Shown here: piece by piece, positions 47,633 to 59,810 of the stretch
How the letters are laid out: every line of letters starts with the position of its first letter
How positions within the stretch are numbered: position 1 is the stretch's first letter
Assembly (NCBI GenBank): GCA_030770535.1
Contig: JASVEC010000013.1
Span: 992,001-1,056,000, forward strand
Length of the DNA stretch: 64,000 nucleotides
From: Batkoa obscura
Lineage: Eukaryota
Direction: 5' to 3'
Translations under genes and position numbers: made by a program
The notes under the pieces: model-generated
The model's input: only the letters and a program-made list of their open reading frames with translations
The model's database searches: none
What the model was told of the DNA's origin: nothing

Positions 47633-49389
47633 ATGGAGATAAGCTCAAAAGGAAGAATTAGGAGTAGAGTAGATGTAATAAACTCAAAATTAGATAGTGT
47701 TGATAGTTCATTAAATAATATATTTAAACAATTGGACTCACATCCAAATTTAGAATTTAGGCAAAAAGTATATGGTAATCGTTTTAATATTTTATAACAT
47801 TTGATTCATTTTTAGAATATTTGAATTGGGTTCAAAATGAGTTTAGAATAATAAATCGAGAAAAGAAGCATAGCAATAATGAAATCTTGAAAAAGATTTC
47901 CTATTATAAACTCTTATTAGATGGGAATTTTGAAGCTGTAACCACATTTCCATATTCACCAAACGAAACAATAATAAAAAACATAGATTCAATAACAGTG
48001 TACCAGACCTATGGCCGCTTTTTAGAGCAGGGCTCTATTTTCTTTGTAAAGAATATAGATCCATATAAATTGTGGTTTGAAAAATTCGATTTGAAGGTGA
48101 TATTAGCAAATAAAGAACCTACTACTTTATCATATACCTTAATTGCTCTCTTTGCTCGTTTTACTCTTCCACGTGGTAGTATAACTTATAAACAAATTTA
48201 TAAAAAGTCATTGAGGGGAGTAAAAGTAACTTTGCCTCAATCGTATTTTAATCCAAGCTACGGCCAAGTGGTAGCTTTAGGGTTATTATCTTATGTCAGT
48301 TTGTCTCATTCAAACCTTGACCTTGCTAAACAGTATTTATTAGGCGCAATAAGAATGGCCCAATGTTTAAGCTATAATATCAATGATTCTTTGTTTAATG
48401 AGCTAGATATTTTGGATATAAGATATGATGAATTATCTCGAGGCAGAAGGATTTGGAAAACTCTCTATCTTAATTATTTAACCCTTTCTTATTATGTTGC
48501 AGATCTGCCTTTTATTAGATTTGAAATAGGAGAGCCATTACATTTTTTTAGAAAGAACTATAACAAAAACAATACCAACAGTAAGCGAATACGCTGTGGA
48601 ACTGTAGACAAAGATCCATATCTTTTTATCAAAGACCTTGTTGAAGTAAATATCAAAATAGCAACTCATATACAAAACATAAAAGAAAAGTATGAGCTTT
48701 CAAATGATTATTCAAAAATACCCACTGATGATTTGGTTTTGCCTCAAAGCGAATTTGCAAACTGCTTAAATTCGTTATTCAGTATAATACAAAATCAAAA
48801 TTTACTAAAAGAAGAAAGTGATTATAGTGAGACCGAATTAAAGGAGAGAGCAAATGATTATAATTTGAATTTTAAAAGGTATATTAAAGTACTAATCCAA
48901 CATAGTATTATAACACTTTATTACCCATCCGTCATGATTTACCCTCAGCCTGTACAATTTATAGAGCCAATATTAAAGTTGCTGTTTAATCACGCTAACC
49001 AGGTTATTACATATTGCTTAAAAAAAAGCTTAAACAAAAATTTGAGTCATGAAATTTCAATGTTTAGTAAAATACATCAGTTTGATACTAAATATAAGCT
49101 CCAAGCCAATATTCATGTGCCTTTTTATTACCAAGTTTATTTTAGCTTTTTCACGCTTCTTAATTTATTACATCAAGCTTCGAGTTTACAGGATGATGAT
49201 ATGTTTATGGTTAATGAAGCAAGAGCAAAATGTGTGTTATTAATCAAAGAACTTTATAGAGTATCTAAATCCAATGATAAAAGACATGCCAAAAATTCTA
49301 GTAATGCCTTAGACCAGATCAAGTGTTGTATCCATCGATTTCAGCTGCCTCCAGGTTTAATAGAAGAAATAAGTATATATTTAAATTAA
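47633..49389 (+). CDS. TF-middle-region-like family A protein; exons 47633-47774 and 47816-49389
   Basis: 142-nt first exon MEISSKGRIRSRVD... and a 41-nt intron; AIRMAQCLSY and RGRRIWKTLYL. Confidence 0.8.
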
Positions 49390-49984
49390 TCTCAATAGTG
49401 CTATTATAATAAACACTATGTATTTTTTTAAATATTTTATTATGATTGTTTAATATACTGTAAATTAACCTGAATTCAAAATAAAAATGGTACTTATTTT
49501 TTACATAATTTTACCTAACACTAACTATTTAAAAAAAATCTTAATACCTAATAATTCAAATTTTTTTTAACTCACATTTTTAACATTTATTTTGTAATCT
49601 TGTCCACTTTTAGGTCACTTAAAAGTTAGAAAAGTTATTAGTTAAATCCATAGACAAAAAACATCATTATTTAGGAAATCAAATGTTTTATAATCAAACT
49701 TTACTGATAAAAATATATTAGGGCTTTTATATAAAGCGATAGGAACAAGTGTGACTTTAAAATATTTATAAGTATTAAAGCTCAATTAGCTTCTTAATTT
49801 TTTTAAGTTTATTTAAAATAAACAATCATATTAATAGCACCTCAAAGTCAGGTTGCTAGTTATGTCATCAAAGTTAATAATCATTAGATATTCATTTACA
49901 AATGATAAAATCAAGAAGAATAAGACAAAGTGAGATAATGAAATTTAATTAAAGGCAAGGAGAGAAGAGTTAGAAAATGGGATA

Positions 49985-51920
49985 TGAAAACTTGAGTTAC
50001 AGTTGTTTAGAATTTTTAAATTGATCGAAACATTAGATTCTTTTGACAATGATGATGCTTTATCCCAGTCATGCTCAGAGTCTCCCTTTGAAAATGAGCA
50101 TAGGACCTTGGAATTAAAAAGATACTTAAGATGGATATTAAAGATGCTTAAAAGTAAAACTATAACCGGTTTGGATGAAAAGGTACTTTTAAACGAACAG
50201 GGTATAGAGTTAAAAAGGAAGCTTCATTTGATTGAAAAAATTCTTAGTACCAAATTTTCGTCATCTAATTTTACAACTTTGAGGAATCATAAAAGAGGAG
50301 CTGAACATGTTAGAATTTCAGCAAATATTTTTAATTATAGAGCTTTTTTAGAAGTTGGTATAAAGATTCGTGATTGCTTCGCTTATGGATTGTATTTTGA
50401 TTTTGAACCTAAACAATTAGTTTCTTATATAAAACAACCTAAACCAGGATCATGTCAAAGACTTTAATTACTTCTTTAAGCTTTAGTTGCTTTTCTTTGC
50501 CTGGATGCGATTTTGAGGCCATTTATCATGTTTGCTTAAATAACGTACAGTCACTGATTCCTCAAGCTTGCAATAACTCAAGTTTTGAAAGTGTTAAAGC
50601 ATCATGTTTGTTATACTATATTTCTTTAATTCAAAGTAACTATAATTTACCTTACCAACTTTTGAGTTCACTTGTAAGGATGTCATATATATTGTGAATA
50701 GGTAAGTTAAAGTTAAATCAAGAATCACATTTTAAAAGTAAAGAAGAAGTTAGATTCATTTGTGACTATAAAAAAATATGGTCTCGGATTGTTATATCCA
50801 GTAAAACTAATGAAGTATCCTATAGTGCTTCCTCGCTCATTAAACACTATGATTTTCCAGAAACTGAATTTATTTATCATTTAACTAGCACCTAATTCAA
50901 AGAAGCCAGTGGTGCAGAGTAATTGTAAGAAAGCGCTCTCTTTATATATGAATCAAATAATTATAGTAAATTCATTAATAGTTGGCCGCCTTGTAGAAAT
51001 ACTCAAAGGGATTGATAATCTAAATTGTATACCTTGTTCAAGCCTTGTTTTACCATTGAATAAATTCAATCTAGTTCAGAACTATATTGATAAATTTTAT
51101 AAGAGTTTAGTCAAATAGTTGACTTATATTATTACAAACAGCGATGAGCCTATAGATTTAGAACATTTTTTATGTATTCCTTCTGATAGCTATACTTGTA
51201 GATTTAAAACACCCCACGAGATAAAAAAAAGTTTAGCAATTTATACTTTTTAATTATCCTTGATATATCCAACTGTGATCAAAGAGCCTTTTCAAGTAGA
51301 TATTTCGATAAAATATATATCAGTTTTACTGAGGACTTCATTAAGATAATATTTTTATATGGGGATGTATTTTTATGTTTAAGAATTTTACTAACAATTT
51401 TTCTGCTCAAATAGCGCTAAAAAATGGAAAAAATGATGAAGCCAAAAAAGACACCCCCATATAAAGTTTTACGTTATATCTACTTTGAAGAAATATTAAA
51501 TGAAACGGATTTAGATAGCTTAAAAAATCAACAAGTATATAAAGTGGTTTCAAAATATTTGGAAACTCGAGTACTTCCTATTATTAAATGGGATATGACT
51601 ACTTAGTGATAATACACTCTTTAAGATCTAAACACCCTATATTTACCTTTTATACTTTATTGACAATACTCTCTTCTCCTTCTATCTTGAGTTCAGGCTT
51701 AATCGGTAATGAAGCTATTACTACAATTGAAACTAGTATCATTGAATTGCTTTACAGTTATAAATTGGGGATGAGCCTTAATAAGTATAAATGTAGAATG
51801 TATGTTAGTTTCATTATAACTAAAGTAAAATCAGCCATCGATTCTTTTGAATCAAGTACAAAATATAAAAGTATATTTAGCAATATAATTTGTCAAATTT
51901 ATATTCAATATAGTATTTAA
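49985..51920 (+). pseudogene. Decayed divergent member of the TF-middle-region-like family, MITE-interrupted
   Basis: RYLRWILK, NNSSFESVKASCLLYYISL, SSLVRMSYIL* and LIYPTVIKEP fragments spread over several frames. Confidence 0.65.
51357..51462 (-). mobile_element. Family A MITE
   Basis: ATAT-GGGGATGTA...ACACCCCC-ATAT. Confidence 0.9.
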
Positions 51921-52801
51921 ATTAAACCTCCAAGTAAGGATAATAACATCATTAAAGTTAAAGCTGTAAAATAATTCTTTAACTTTAATTAATTAATTTT
52001 AGTAAATAATATTGATCTACTTGTCTATACTACTTTTTAACGGTAATTAAATTATAATTTTAAATAATCAGGTTTATAGTTTGTTTTAAATTTTTCATAA
52101 CATGAATCCCAAAACCTTATGTTTTTAGTATATTTTGGTTACATCTTTTATTACTGTTGTTTATTCTCAATTATAATAAAGTTTATAAATGATTTACAAA
52201 CTTATGGCCTATTTTTCAACCTTACAACTTTTTCATATATCCTTGAAAGAGCATTAGTTTCCGAATGTTTTATTAATAAAATAAATTAATTGATAATCAA
52301 TTAGGGAAAGATTAGGCCATCGGGTAAGTACATCACATTTTCTTTTGTTCTTACTTAGCCTTACTTTTGAATCATTGTAACCTCAAAATAAATTAGTCTC
52401 TAACTAGTACTAATTGTCAATTAACGACTTAAAAAATTGATTTAACTTGTAGCTCAATTTTAATTAGTTTGATAATTTATAAATTTTATAGTAACATTAT
52501 AGTAGGTTAGTAAAACAAATAAATTGTTTTATTTTATTTAACATTATAGATATGGCTATTTTATAAAAGAAATGCAAAAAGCAAATAAATTTGTTACAAC
52601 ATAAATTGATATGATATTAAATAATTTTAAGAATCAATTAGATAAAAGTAGACAACAGTTAACAAAAGATATCAAATGGATGATATACTTATTTGAAGCA
52701 AAAGGACGTTCTAGACAGCAAGTGTAAATTGAGAAGAAAAGGGAAAAGTTGATTATTAAAAAAAGGCATGAATTTTGGGATAAAGTTGAACATGGTATAT
52801 A

Positions 52802-53044
52802 TATGGGTAAGCTTAAAAGCTCGGTTAGAATTAAAAGTAAAATTTTTGAATTTCACTTTGTCCATTTAATATTTAGCGTAAATTTTTTTAAAAACTGTTA
52901 AAACTGGATAAAAAAACGTCACAATATAAATTATTCTAAAATTAAGTAAAAAAGCAAAAAAAAAATGTAACACTTAGTGCTTGCAGTTTTTGCGAAAAAT
53001 CAGAATTGGACAAAATTTTAACCGAGTTTTTAAACTAATCCATA
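52802..53044. mobile_element. MITE family B, ~240 bp with ~31-bp TIRs
   Basis: tatgggtaagcttaaaagctcggttagaatt matches the reverse complement of the 3' end (tatggattagtttaaaaactcggttaaaatt). The segment is absent from the paralogous position near 31830. Confidence 0.8.
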
Positions 53045-53922
53045 ACTAATAAACTAATAAATCGTGACGACTTTCCGTCTAGCTTATTCTCATTTATCAA
53101 TCATAATCCAACAAGTAAATTAAAGTTATCATCTATACTATTAAATAGGGTAAATTCAAGTCAATTATTCAATTGATTTATAAACATATATTGTACCAAA
53201 ATTGATTCCGAAGGTTATTGATTAGATAAAGAGTGTTTGATAAAGTTGTTAAAAAGTAGCGTTAAAAATTTATTAAAGCTACTGCTATTTCAAACATTTA
53301 ATAAGGTAATAAAATTTACAGATAAGTGAGCTTAGTATTATATTAAACTGTGAATTAGACAGCCTTTATCAATTACCAAGTGATAGTATGAATCAACCTT
53401 GTTTAGAAAACCTCACTGTTATCACATTATTTACTCCAGAATAATTCATTAAAAATGAAAGGAAACTTGCTTTAATATATCAAGTGTTTGATTGAAATGA
53501 GAGGTGCAGCTGATAAAAAAATAATGAGCTTGATGAAAGCAGACAAAAATGTAAGGAAAGATTATACAAAATTATTGACATGTTTTTAATATTTTTAAAT
53601 TGGAACTGATATAGTAGATTAAAGTTAAATCAAAACCAAACATTTAAACACATAAATAAAAAGGTGCCTTGTGCCCTAACACTAGCAAGAAATTAAGTTG
53701 TCAATGTTATGATTGTAAAAGATATCATTTTATTTTTAAATAGTAAAATGTTGAATTCAACCCCAGAATACAATTCTCAATCTTCCTATTATGTATCAAT
53801 AGTTCAGTTAGAAATGGAAACATGTAACTATTTAAGTTATTATAACAATAAGATAATAAAAAATGACACAAATAATGAGATTTTTAATCTAGATATTTTT
53901 TTATGAAAAAAACAGTTATAAA

Positions 53923-53969
53923 AATAAACTAATAAACTAATAAACTAATAAACTAATAAACTAATAAAC
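53923..53969. repeat. (AATAAACT)n tandem repeat, ~6 units
   Basis: Direct 8-mer tandem array inside the pseudogene. Confidence 0.85.
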
Positions 53970-54014
53970 GAAATAGATAAAATAATCTAAATGGCTCCAA
54001 AAAGAATACAAAAT

Positions 54015-54115
54015 ATATGGGGATATTTTTTTTGGTTTCATCACTTTTTCCATTTTTTAAGCTATTTTAGTAGAAAAACTGGTAGTGAAGTTCTTAAAAA
54101 AATACATCCTCATAT
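54015..54115 (+). mobile_element. Family A MITE
   Basis: ATAT-GGGGATATTTT...ATACATCCTC-ATAT. Confidence 0.85.
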
Positions 54116-54319
54116 GGATTTTTTACTCAATCTTAAGTGATTAGATTTAAAAGTCAAAGAGTAATAATATTTTCAAATCACATATTTAATAATTATGCGT
54201 ATAACGCTTTGAGTATATATATACCATTATTATTAGGTCTTATATTAACTTCATCACCTCAATTTCATAAACTACCTTCCAAAGACTATCGTTATAAAAT
54301 GTATGATGACTCTATAAAC

Positions 54320-54426
54320 ATATGGGGGTGTTTTTTTTGGCTTCATCACTTTTTCCATCTTTTAAGCGCTATTTGAGTGGAAAAGTTGCTAGTAAAATTC
54401 TTAAACACAAAAATACATCCCCATAT
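54320..54426 (+). mobile_element. Family A MITE, near-consensus copy
   Basis: ATAT-GGGGGTGTTTT...ATACATCCCC-ATAT, with paralogous empty sites at ~30582 and ~19457. Confidence 0.92.
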
Positions 54427-55003
54427 AGAAGGTAATTGACTCGATAATTCAGCAAAAAAGTTCAAAAAAATCTTTATCATCAGGTAATGTTTGAATCTAA
54501 GGATTTTGCTCTATTAGTCTATTTTTCAATTAACCTATTAGTTAATAGATTGTTAACTAAAGAAGATAATAGCATTATTTATAAATGCTCAACTAAATTC
54601 ATTAGATACTTAACATTATCTGATAACTCAGACTACAGTTTTTTAGATTATAAATCAACTTTAAAAAAAGTTCAAAGTTATTTATCTCTTTAGCCACTTC
54701 CTCATCATTATGATCTTAATTCATAGTTTGATTTTCATTCTATTTCTACTCATTAATAAACTTTTATATTAACATGGATTTTAAATTTCTATCAATTTAA
54801 TTTAATTTAATTTAATTCATTTATACTTAATAGTTGAGAAAAAATTATTAATTTTATTAGAATTATATTAAAATAAAACTCCAGCTACATTTTTTCCACT
54901 TTAATATCTGATAGTTTTATTTTACCTAATAGTTACAGATACCAAGTACATCTTACTTTATAATTCCATTTCCAGACAAACTCAAATAGGACAAAATATA
55001 GTA

Positions 55004-55912
55004 TCAATCTTCACAACCATTATTACAAAGCAAAGTGTGGTTATCTGGATATGATAATTTACAATACGCTTTTTTCAATTCCTTTAAAAAGATAGTATTA
55101 TTAAAAAACAAACACGCATTTAAAACCCCTTGGAAACCAAATAAAAACTTAGAAAACCCTTGAAAGGCAGCATACATTTGACTCAACTTAGATAACTCTT
55201 CTTTAGAATAAGTAATTAAATAAAGTATAATAAAATAAAACAAATAACTTAAGATAGGTATTGTAGGATAAGCTAATAATTTTAGTAAAACTTTCCAATT
55301 TAATTGTTTAAAAGACCCTCCTTTTTTTAATGTATCTTGATTCGAGCTATAATTTTTGATATTGATATAAATAAAGATAGTAAAATAACTAATTGGACAT
55401 AATATAATGCTAACAATAACTGATCCTAATTTAATTAAGCTAGCTGATAGCCAATCTTCAACATTTAAATAGCCACATTGATTATCAATATTTTCGATAT
55501 TAACAACGATAACTTGTAAGCCAGCCAGAAGTAAAGAAAGAAATATTGGTATAAGATAAGTGAAGCATCTAGCCCGTTTTGAAAATTCATATAAATAAAT
55601 AATATTAATTAGTAATATAGTAGCTATTACAGTAGCATAAAACATGGACAAAGAGATACTTAAGGTACTTAGAAATTCTAGTGCATAGCATGATATTATT
55701 GAATTCATTAATAAAGTTGCTTGGATTAGATTGATTATGTTTAATATTAGATTACCAAATAAGATAATGGCTGATAATCGATACACAAGGGAGTCATAGA
55801 TACTTTTGTTGATTATGGAGATAGTGATAAATAGAACGATTGACGTTGCTGTAAATGTAATTGAGATTGTGTTGGATGTAATTGTTATTGTTTTCAATGT
55901 GTTGGCATCCAT
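55004..55912 (-). CDS. 7TM receptor-like protein (Git3/cAMP-receptor-like GPCR)
   Basis: Seven hydrophobic segments, SLVYRL after TM1, Cys at the TM3 start and in ECL2 (QCGY), KLLAYPTIP and FQGVLNACLFF. Confidence 0.7.
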   Translation of the reverse strand: MDANTLKTITITSNTISITFTATSIVLFITISIINKSIYDSLVYRLSAIILFGNLILNIINLIQATLLMNSIISCYALEFLSTLSISLSMFYATVIATILLINIIYLYEFSKRARCFTYLIPIFLSLLLAGLQVIVVNIENIDNQCGYLNVEDWLSASLIKLGSVIVSIILCPISYFTIFIYINIKNYSSNQDTLKKGGSFKQLNWKVLLKLLAYPTIPILSYLFYFIILYLITYSKEELSKLSQMYAAFQGFSKFLFGFQGVLNACLFFNNTIFLKELKKAYCKLSYPDNHTLLCNNGCED

Positions 55913-56344
55913 TTTACTACCTCCTAATATGTTGTAAAATAATTTATTGCGTTATTTAGTGTTAAGATTGGAATAAACTGCCTACTGTTTATTAGTATAG
56001 CTAATAGAACCAGGCTGTTGAATTGAAATTTTATAGAAAGAACCAACGTCAAATTAAAAAATTAATCGTATTTATTTTATTTCTCATTAATTATATACAT
56101 TTCAAATTGAAACTAATTTTAAACCTATTAACTATTTTCGAATATCCTTTTTTTATCCCTAATTAAACTTGTATTATTGACTATTATTGGTTCATTTCAA
56201 GTTTTATTTTTTTTTAGTGGAAAAAAATCCAGCTTAATTATAAAAGCCACCATGTTTTGTATTAATCAAAATTTACTTTAAACTCAGTATATTTAATAAT
56301 AGCGATCTATAAATGATTTTATTTTCATAACACATAAACACATT

Positions 56345-56436
56345 AGAGCATCTTTTTTGTTTAAGAACTTAATAGGTCATTCAGCTCTTTTATTGAATAA
56401 AAAGTGAACAAAATATTGAAGCCAAAAAGACATCCT
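56345..56436 (-). mobile_element. Highly degenerate family A MITE
   Basis: catcttttttgtttaagaacttaata...tgaagccaaaaagacatcc is colinear with the consensus. Confidence 0.5.
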
Positions 56437-56450
56437 TGAATCAATTTTGG

Positions 56451-56698
56451 TATAGGTAGATAGATTTATGTTGGGGTTTTATTCGAGTTTCAGTAAGAGT
56501 TATAATTTTATCCCGGAATTATACAACCAGATTTTATGAAAATAAAATGCCCAGCATAAAATAAGCTGGAGAGTCCCGTTTAAGTTATAGGTGAGCATTT
56601 TATTTCTGTAAAATTTATTTTGTACGATTCTGGATTAGAATTTTAATTCCTATTGAAACTCAAATAAAAACTACAACATAAATCTATTTAACCCATAT
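56451..56698. mobile_element. Foldback-type element (family C) with ~105-bp inverted arms
   Basis: tataggtagatagatttatgttggggttttattcgagtttcagtaagag... matches the reverse complement of the right arm (atatgggttaaatagatttatgttgtagtttttatttgagtttcaatagga...). Confidence 0.8.
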
Positions 56699-57920
56699 GT
56701 TATTTTTATAATAAATTTAGAGTTTCAATGAAACTAGCATATATAAAAGCTATTTATTTATAATACATATTATAGGCTGTAATAAAAAATAGTGTCAATA
56801 TTCAACCAAACGCTATAACAAACCAATTACAATAGCAAATGAATATTCACTTAATTAATCTGACAAAGGATATCCAACTTAGAGTAGACAAATTTATAAT
56901 GTAAACTTTAGCATTGCTTTTATAAAAAAACCAATAGGATAGTATGAATATCAAAGATAAAAAGCTTTAATTGAATGAAACAAATATATGTCAAGTATTA
57001 TATTAAATTTTGTGTTTGATTTTAAAAGAATTGACTATTTACTACACCTAATACAGTCACATACTTTGCAATACAAATTGAATAGGACTCCAAAGGTACA
57101 AATCATTCATATAATAAGTAAAACTACTTTATAACTACACTTTCAAAAACTTTAAAGCACACTTTGGTCCAACTAGGTTTATCTATTTTATAAGCAAGAG
57201 TGTTGTACGAAACCCTTCTCTTCAGTGATATCCAGAAAAGATATGGGTTTTCCAATTTCCCTTGCCATTTGCCTCAAAATTTTCTTGATTTCTACCGCAC
57301 AGATTTTTAAACAAAGTGAATTAACCAAGCTATAGTAGAGCTTAAGTAATTAAAAGTAATAAGTAGAATAATGGAATTTTTAAAGTTACACATCTAATTT
57401 CATTTTTTACTTTTTTATCACCAATAATTGAAGTAAATTTCAAAATAAAATTTACTCAAAGCATTTACCAAATTTTATGTGTTGGTTTTCTATTTAGAAA
57501 ATTGAACTCTGTTGAATAAATATTTTACGAACTAAAACTGAGTCCTAATAAGGTAACTATTCAATAAAAATTAGGGTTGAATAAAGAGTGAGCAACTTAA
57601 CCAAGCCCATAATATCTTTCTTTAGTACAGTAACAAGATATTTATCAAATTGATGAAAATTACCTTTTGATTTAGAGTTTAGTAAAAGCGCTCTTTGCCA
57701 ATTCAATGTGTTGTTCACTTTTATTTATAAATGAGTAGAATTTGTTAAAAAAATTTGAAGCGGAAATATGGGTTTCAGCATTAAGTTACTTTTTTATGAA
57801 TAATTTTATCAGTGATTTATTTTAATCAAAATGTGTTCCAGTCCTGGCTTATCATGTTCAATTCAATATAAATTTCAATACAATTTAAAATAATAAAAAG
57901 TTAAAACAAGGAAATCAAAT

Positions 57921-59673
57921 ATGAAGTCAAAATCAAAAGAAAAGATAAGGAGTAGAGTAGGCTTAGTAGAGTTCAGGTTAAATAACATTGATCGTATATT
58001 AAATGACATATTTAAACAATTGGACTCAAGTTCAAATAATGAATTTAAAAAACAGGCAATTGGTAATTGACTTAAAATTTTATTAATACTTCATATTTTA
58101 TTTATATTTAGGATATTTGAAATGGGCTCATAAGGAATACGAAGCAATAAATCAACAAAAGAAATGTAACAATAGTGAAATCTTAAAAAAGATTTCTCAA
58201 CTTGAGAATACATTACACAAGAAACGTAAAATTGACAAAGCTGCGTCAACTCTGATTACTAATACAGCTTTAAAAAATAGTGATACAATGAAAATAGATC
58301 AAGCCTATTGTCAATTTTTAAAGCATGGTCCCCTTTTCTTCTATAAGATTGTAGATCCATTCAGATTATGGCTAGATAAATTCAATTTGAGAGAGATTTT
58401 AACAAAAAATGAACCAAACATGTTGTCATATACTTTGATTGCTGTTCTTTCTCGCTTTACTCTTCCACATAATAGTATATGTTATAAACAAATTTATGGA
58501 AAGTCATTGAGGGGAATAAGAGCAATCTTACCCCAGTCTTATTCTAATCCGAGCTATAACTGTGTGGTAGCTTTAGGCTTATTATCTTATGTTAGTTTGT
58601 CCCACTCTAATTATAATCTTACCAAACGATATTTTTTAGACGCAGTAAGGATGGCCCAGTGCTTAGGTTACGATATCAGCGATGCTTTATTTGATAAGAT
58701 AAATACTGTGGACTTAAAGTATAATGAATTGTTACGAGGTAGAAGTATATGGAAAACTCTTCACTTTACATACTTAGTCCTTTCAAGCTGTATTCCAAAT
58801 GTGCCTTTTATTAAGTTTCAAATCAAAGAACCTTTATATATTACAAATGGTCAAAATAGAAGTACTGATGTTAACGAAATAGGTTATAAAGCCATAGGCG
58901 AGTTACCATACTTATTTATTAAAGATTATACAGAAGTAACGATTAAGATATCAACTCATATTCAAAAAGTAAAAGAAACTTACAAAAGACATAGTGATTA
59001 TTCTAATATACCTATTAACGCTTTACTTTTACCTGAAAGGGAGTTCATGAATTGTTTGACAACATTGTTGAATTTAATTCAGGATCAAAAGTTAATAAGA
59101 GATGAATGTGATTATACTCGAAAAGAATTAGATGAAAAAATAAATGATTATGAGCTTAATTTTAAACGATATCTCAAAGTATTAATTCAACATGTTATTA
59201 TTCGACTTTATTATCCCTTTGCTATAGTCTATCCACAACCAGTTCGATTTACAAAGTCCAAATTGCAATTATTATTTTATTATTCTAATCAAGTCATAAC
59301 TTATTGTTTAAATCGAGGTTTAGATAGAAAATTGGATTGCTTATCTTTTAGTAAAAAGCCTCTATTTGATTCTAAATATCAACTTCAATCAAATGTTTGT
59401 ACCCCTTTTTATTATCAAATAACTTGTTCTTTTTTTGCACTCATTAACTTAATACATCAATCTAATAGTTTAACTAAGGCGGATATAACAATGATTAACG
59501 AAGCAAAAACTAAATGTGTATTATTAGTTAAAGAACTTTATAGTGTATCTAAATCTAATAATAAAAGACACGCTAAAGATTCTATTAATGCATTGAATCA
59601 AATAAAGCATTGTATCCATCGATTTGAGTTACCTATAGAGTTGATACAAGAGATAGCTATATATTCAAACTAA
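57921..59673 (+). CDS. TF-middle-region-like family A protein; exons 57921-58062 and 58112-59673
   Basis: 142-nt first exon MKSKSKEKIRSRVG... and the conserved intron; DAVRMAQCLGY and RGRSIWKTLHF. Confidence 0.8.
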
Positions 59674-59810
59674 AGTTGATAATATTATTAATTTAAAGTT
59701 TGAATTACTATATTTGTTATTTTGTTAATAAAATATTTTAACATATAAAAAAAATCGTAAATTTATTAATATTGATTTTATTTTGAACTAAATAGAGTAT
59801 TACCTATTAA

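Larger units (their letters stand above)
52540..54693 (+). pseudogene. Decayed copy of divergent subfamily B carrying three MITE insertions
   Basis: IKWMIY, NPTSKLKLSS...IDSEGY*LDK, LFLNSKMLNSTP...METCNYLS, MYDDSINI and KFIRYLTLSDNSDYSFLD. Colinear with the reverse complement of 30320-32086. Confidence 0.7.

Noticed and set aside
54137..54376. GPCR-like fragment paralogous to 55004..55912
   Set aside because: It is better explained as part of the subfamily B pseudogene, with which it is colinear.
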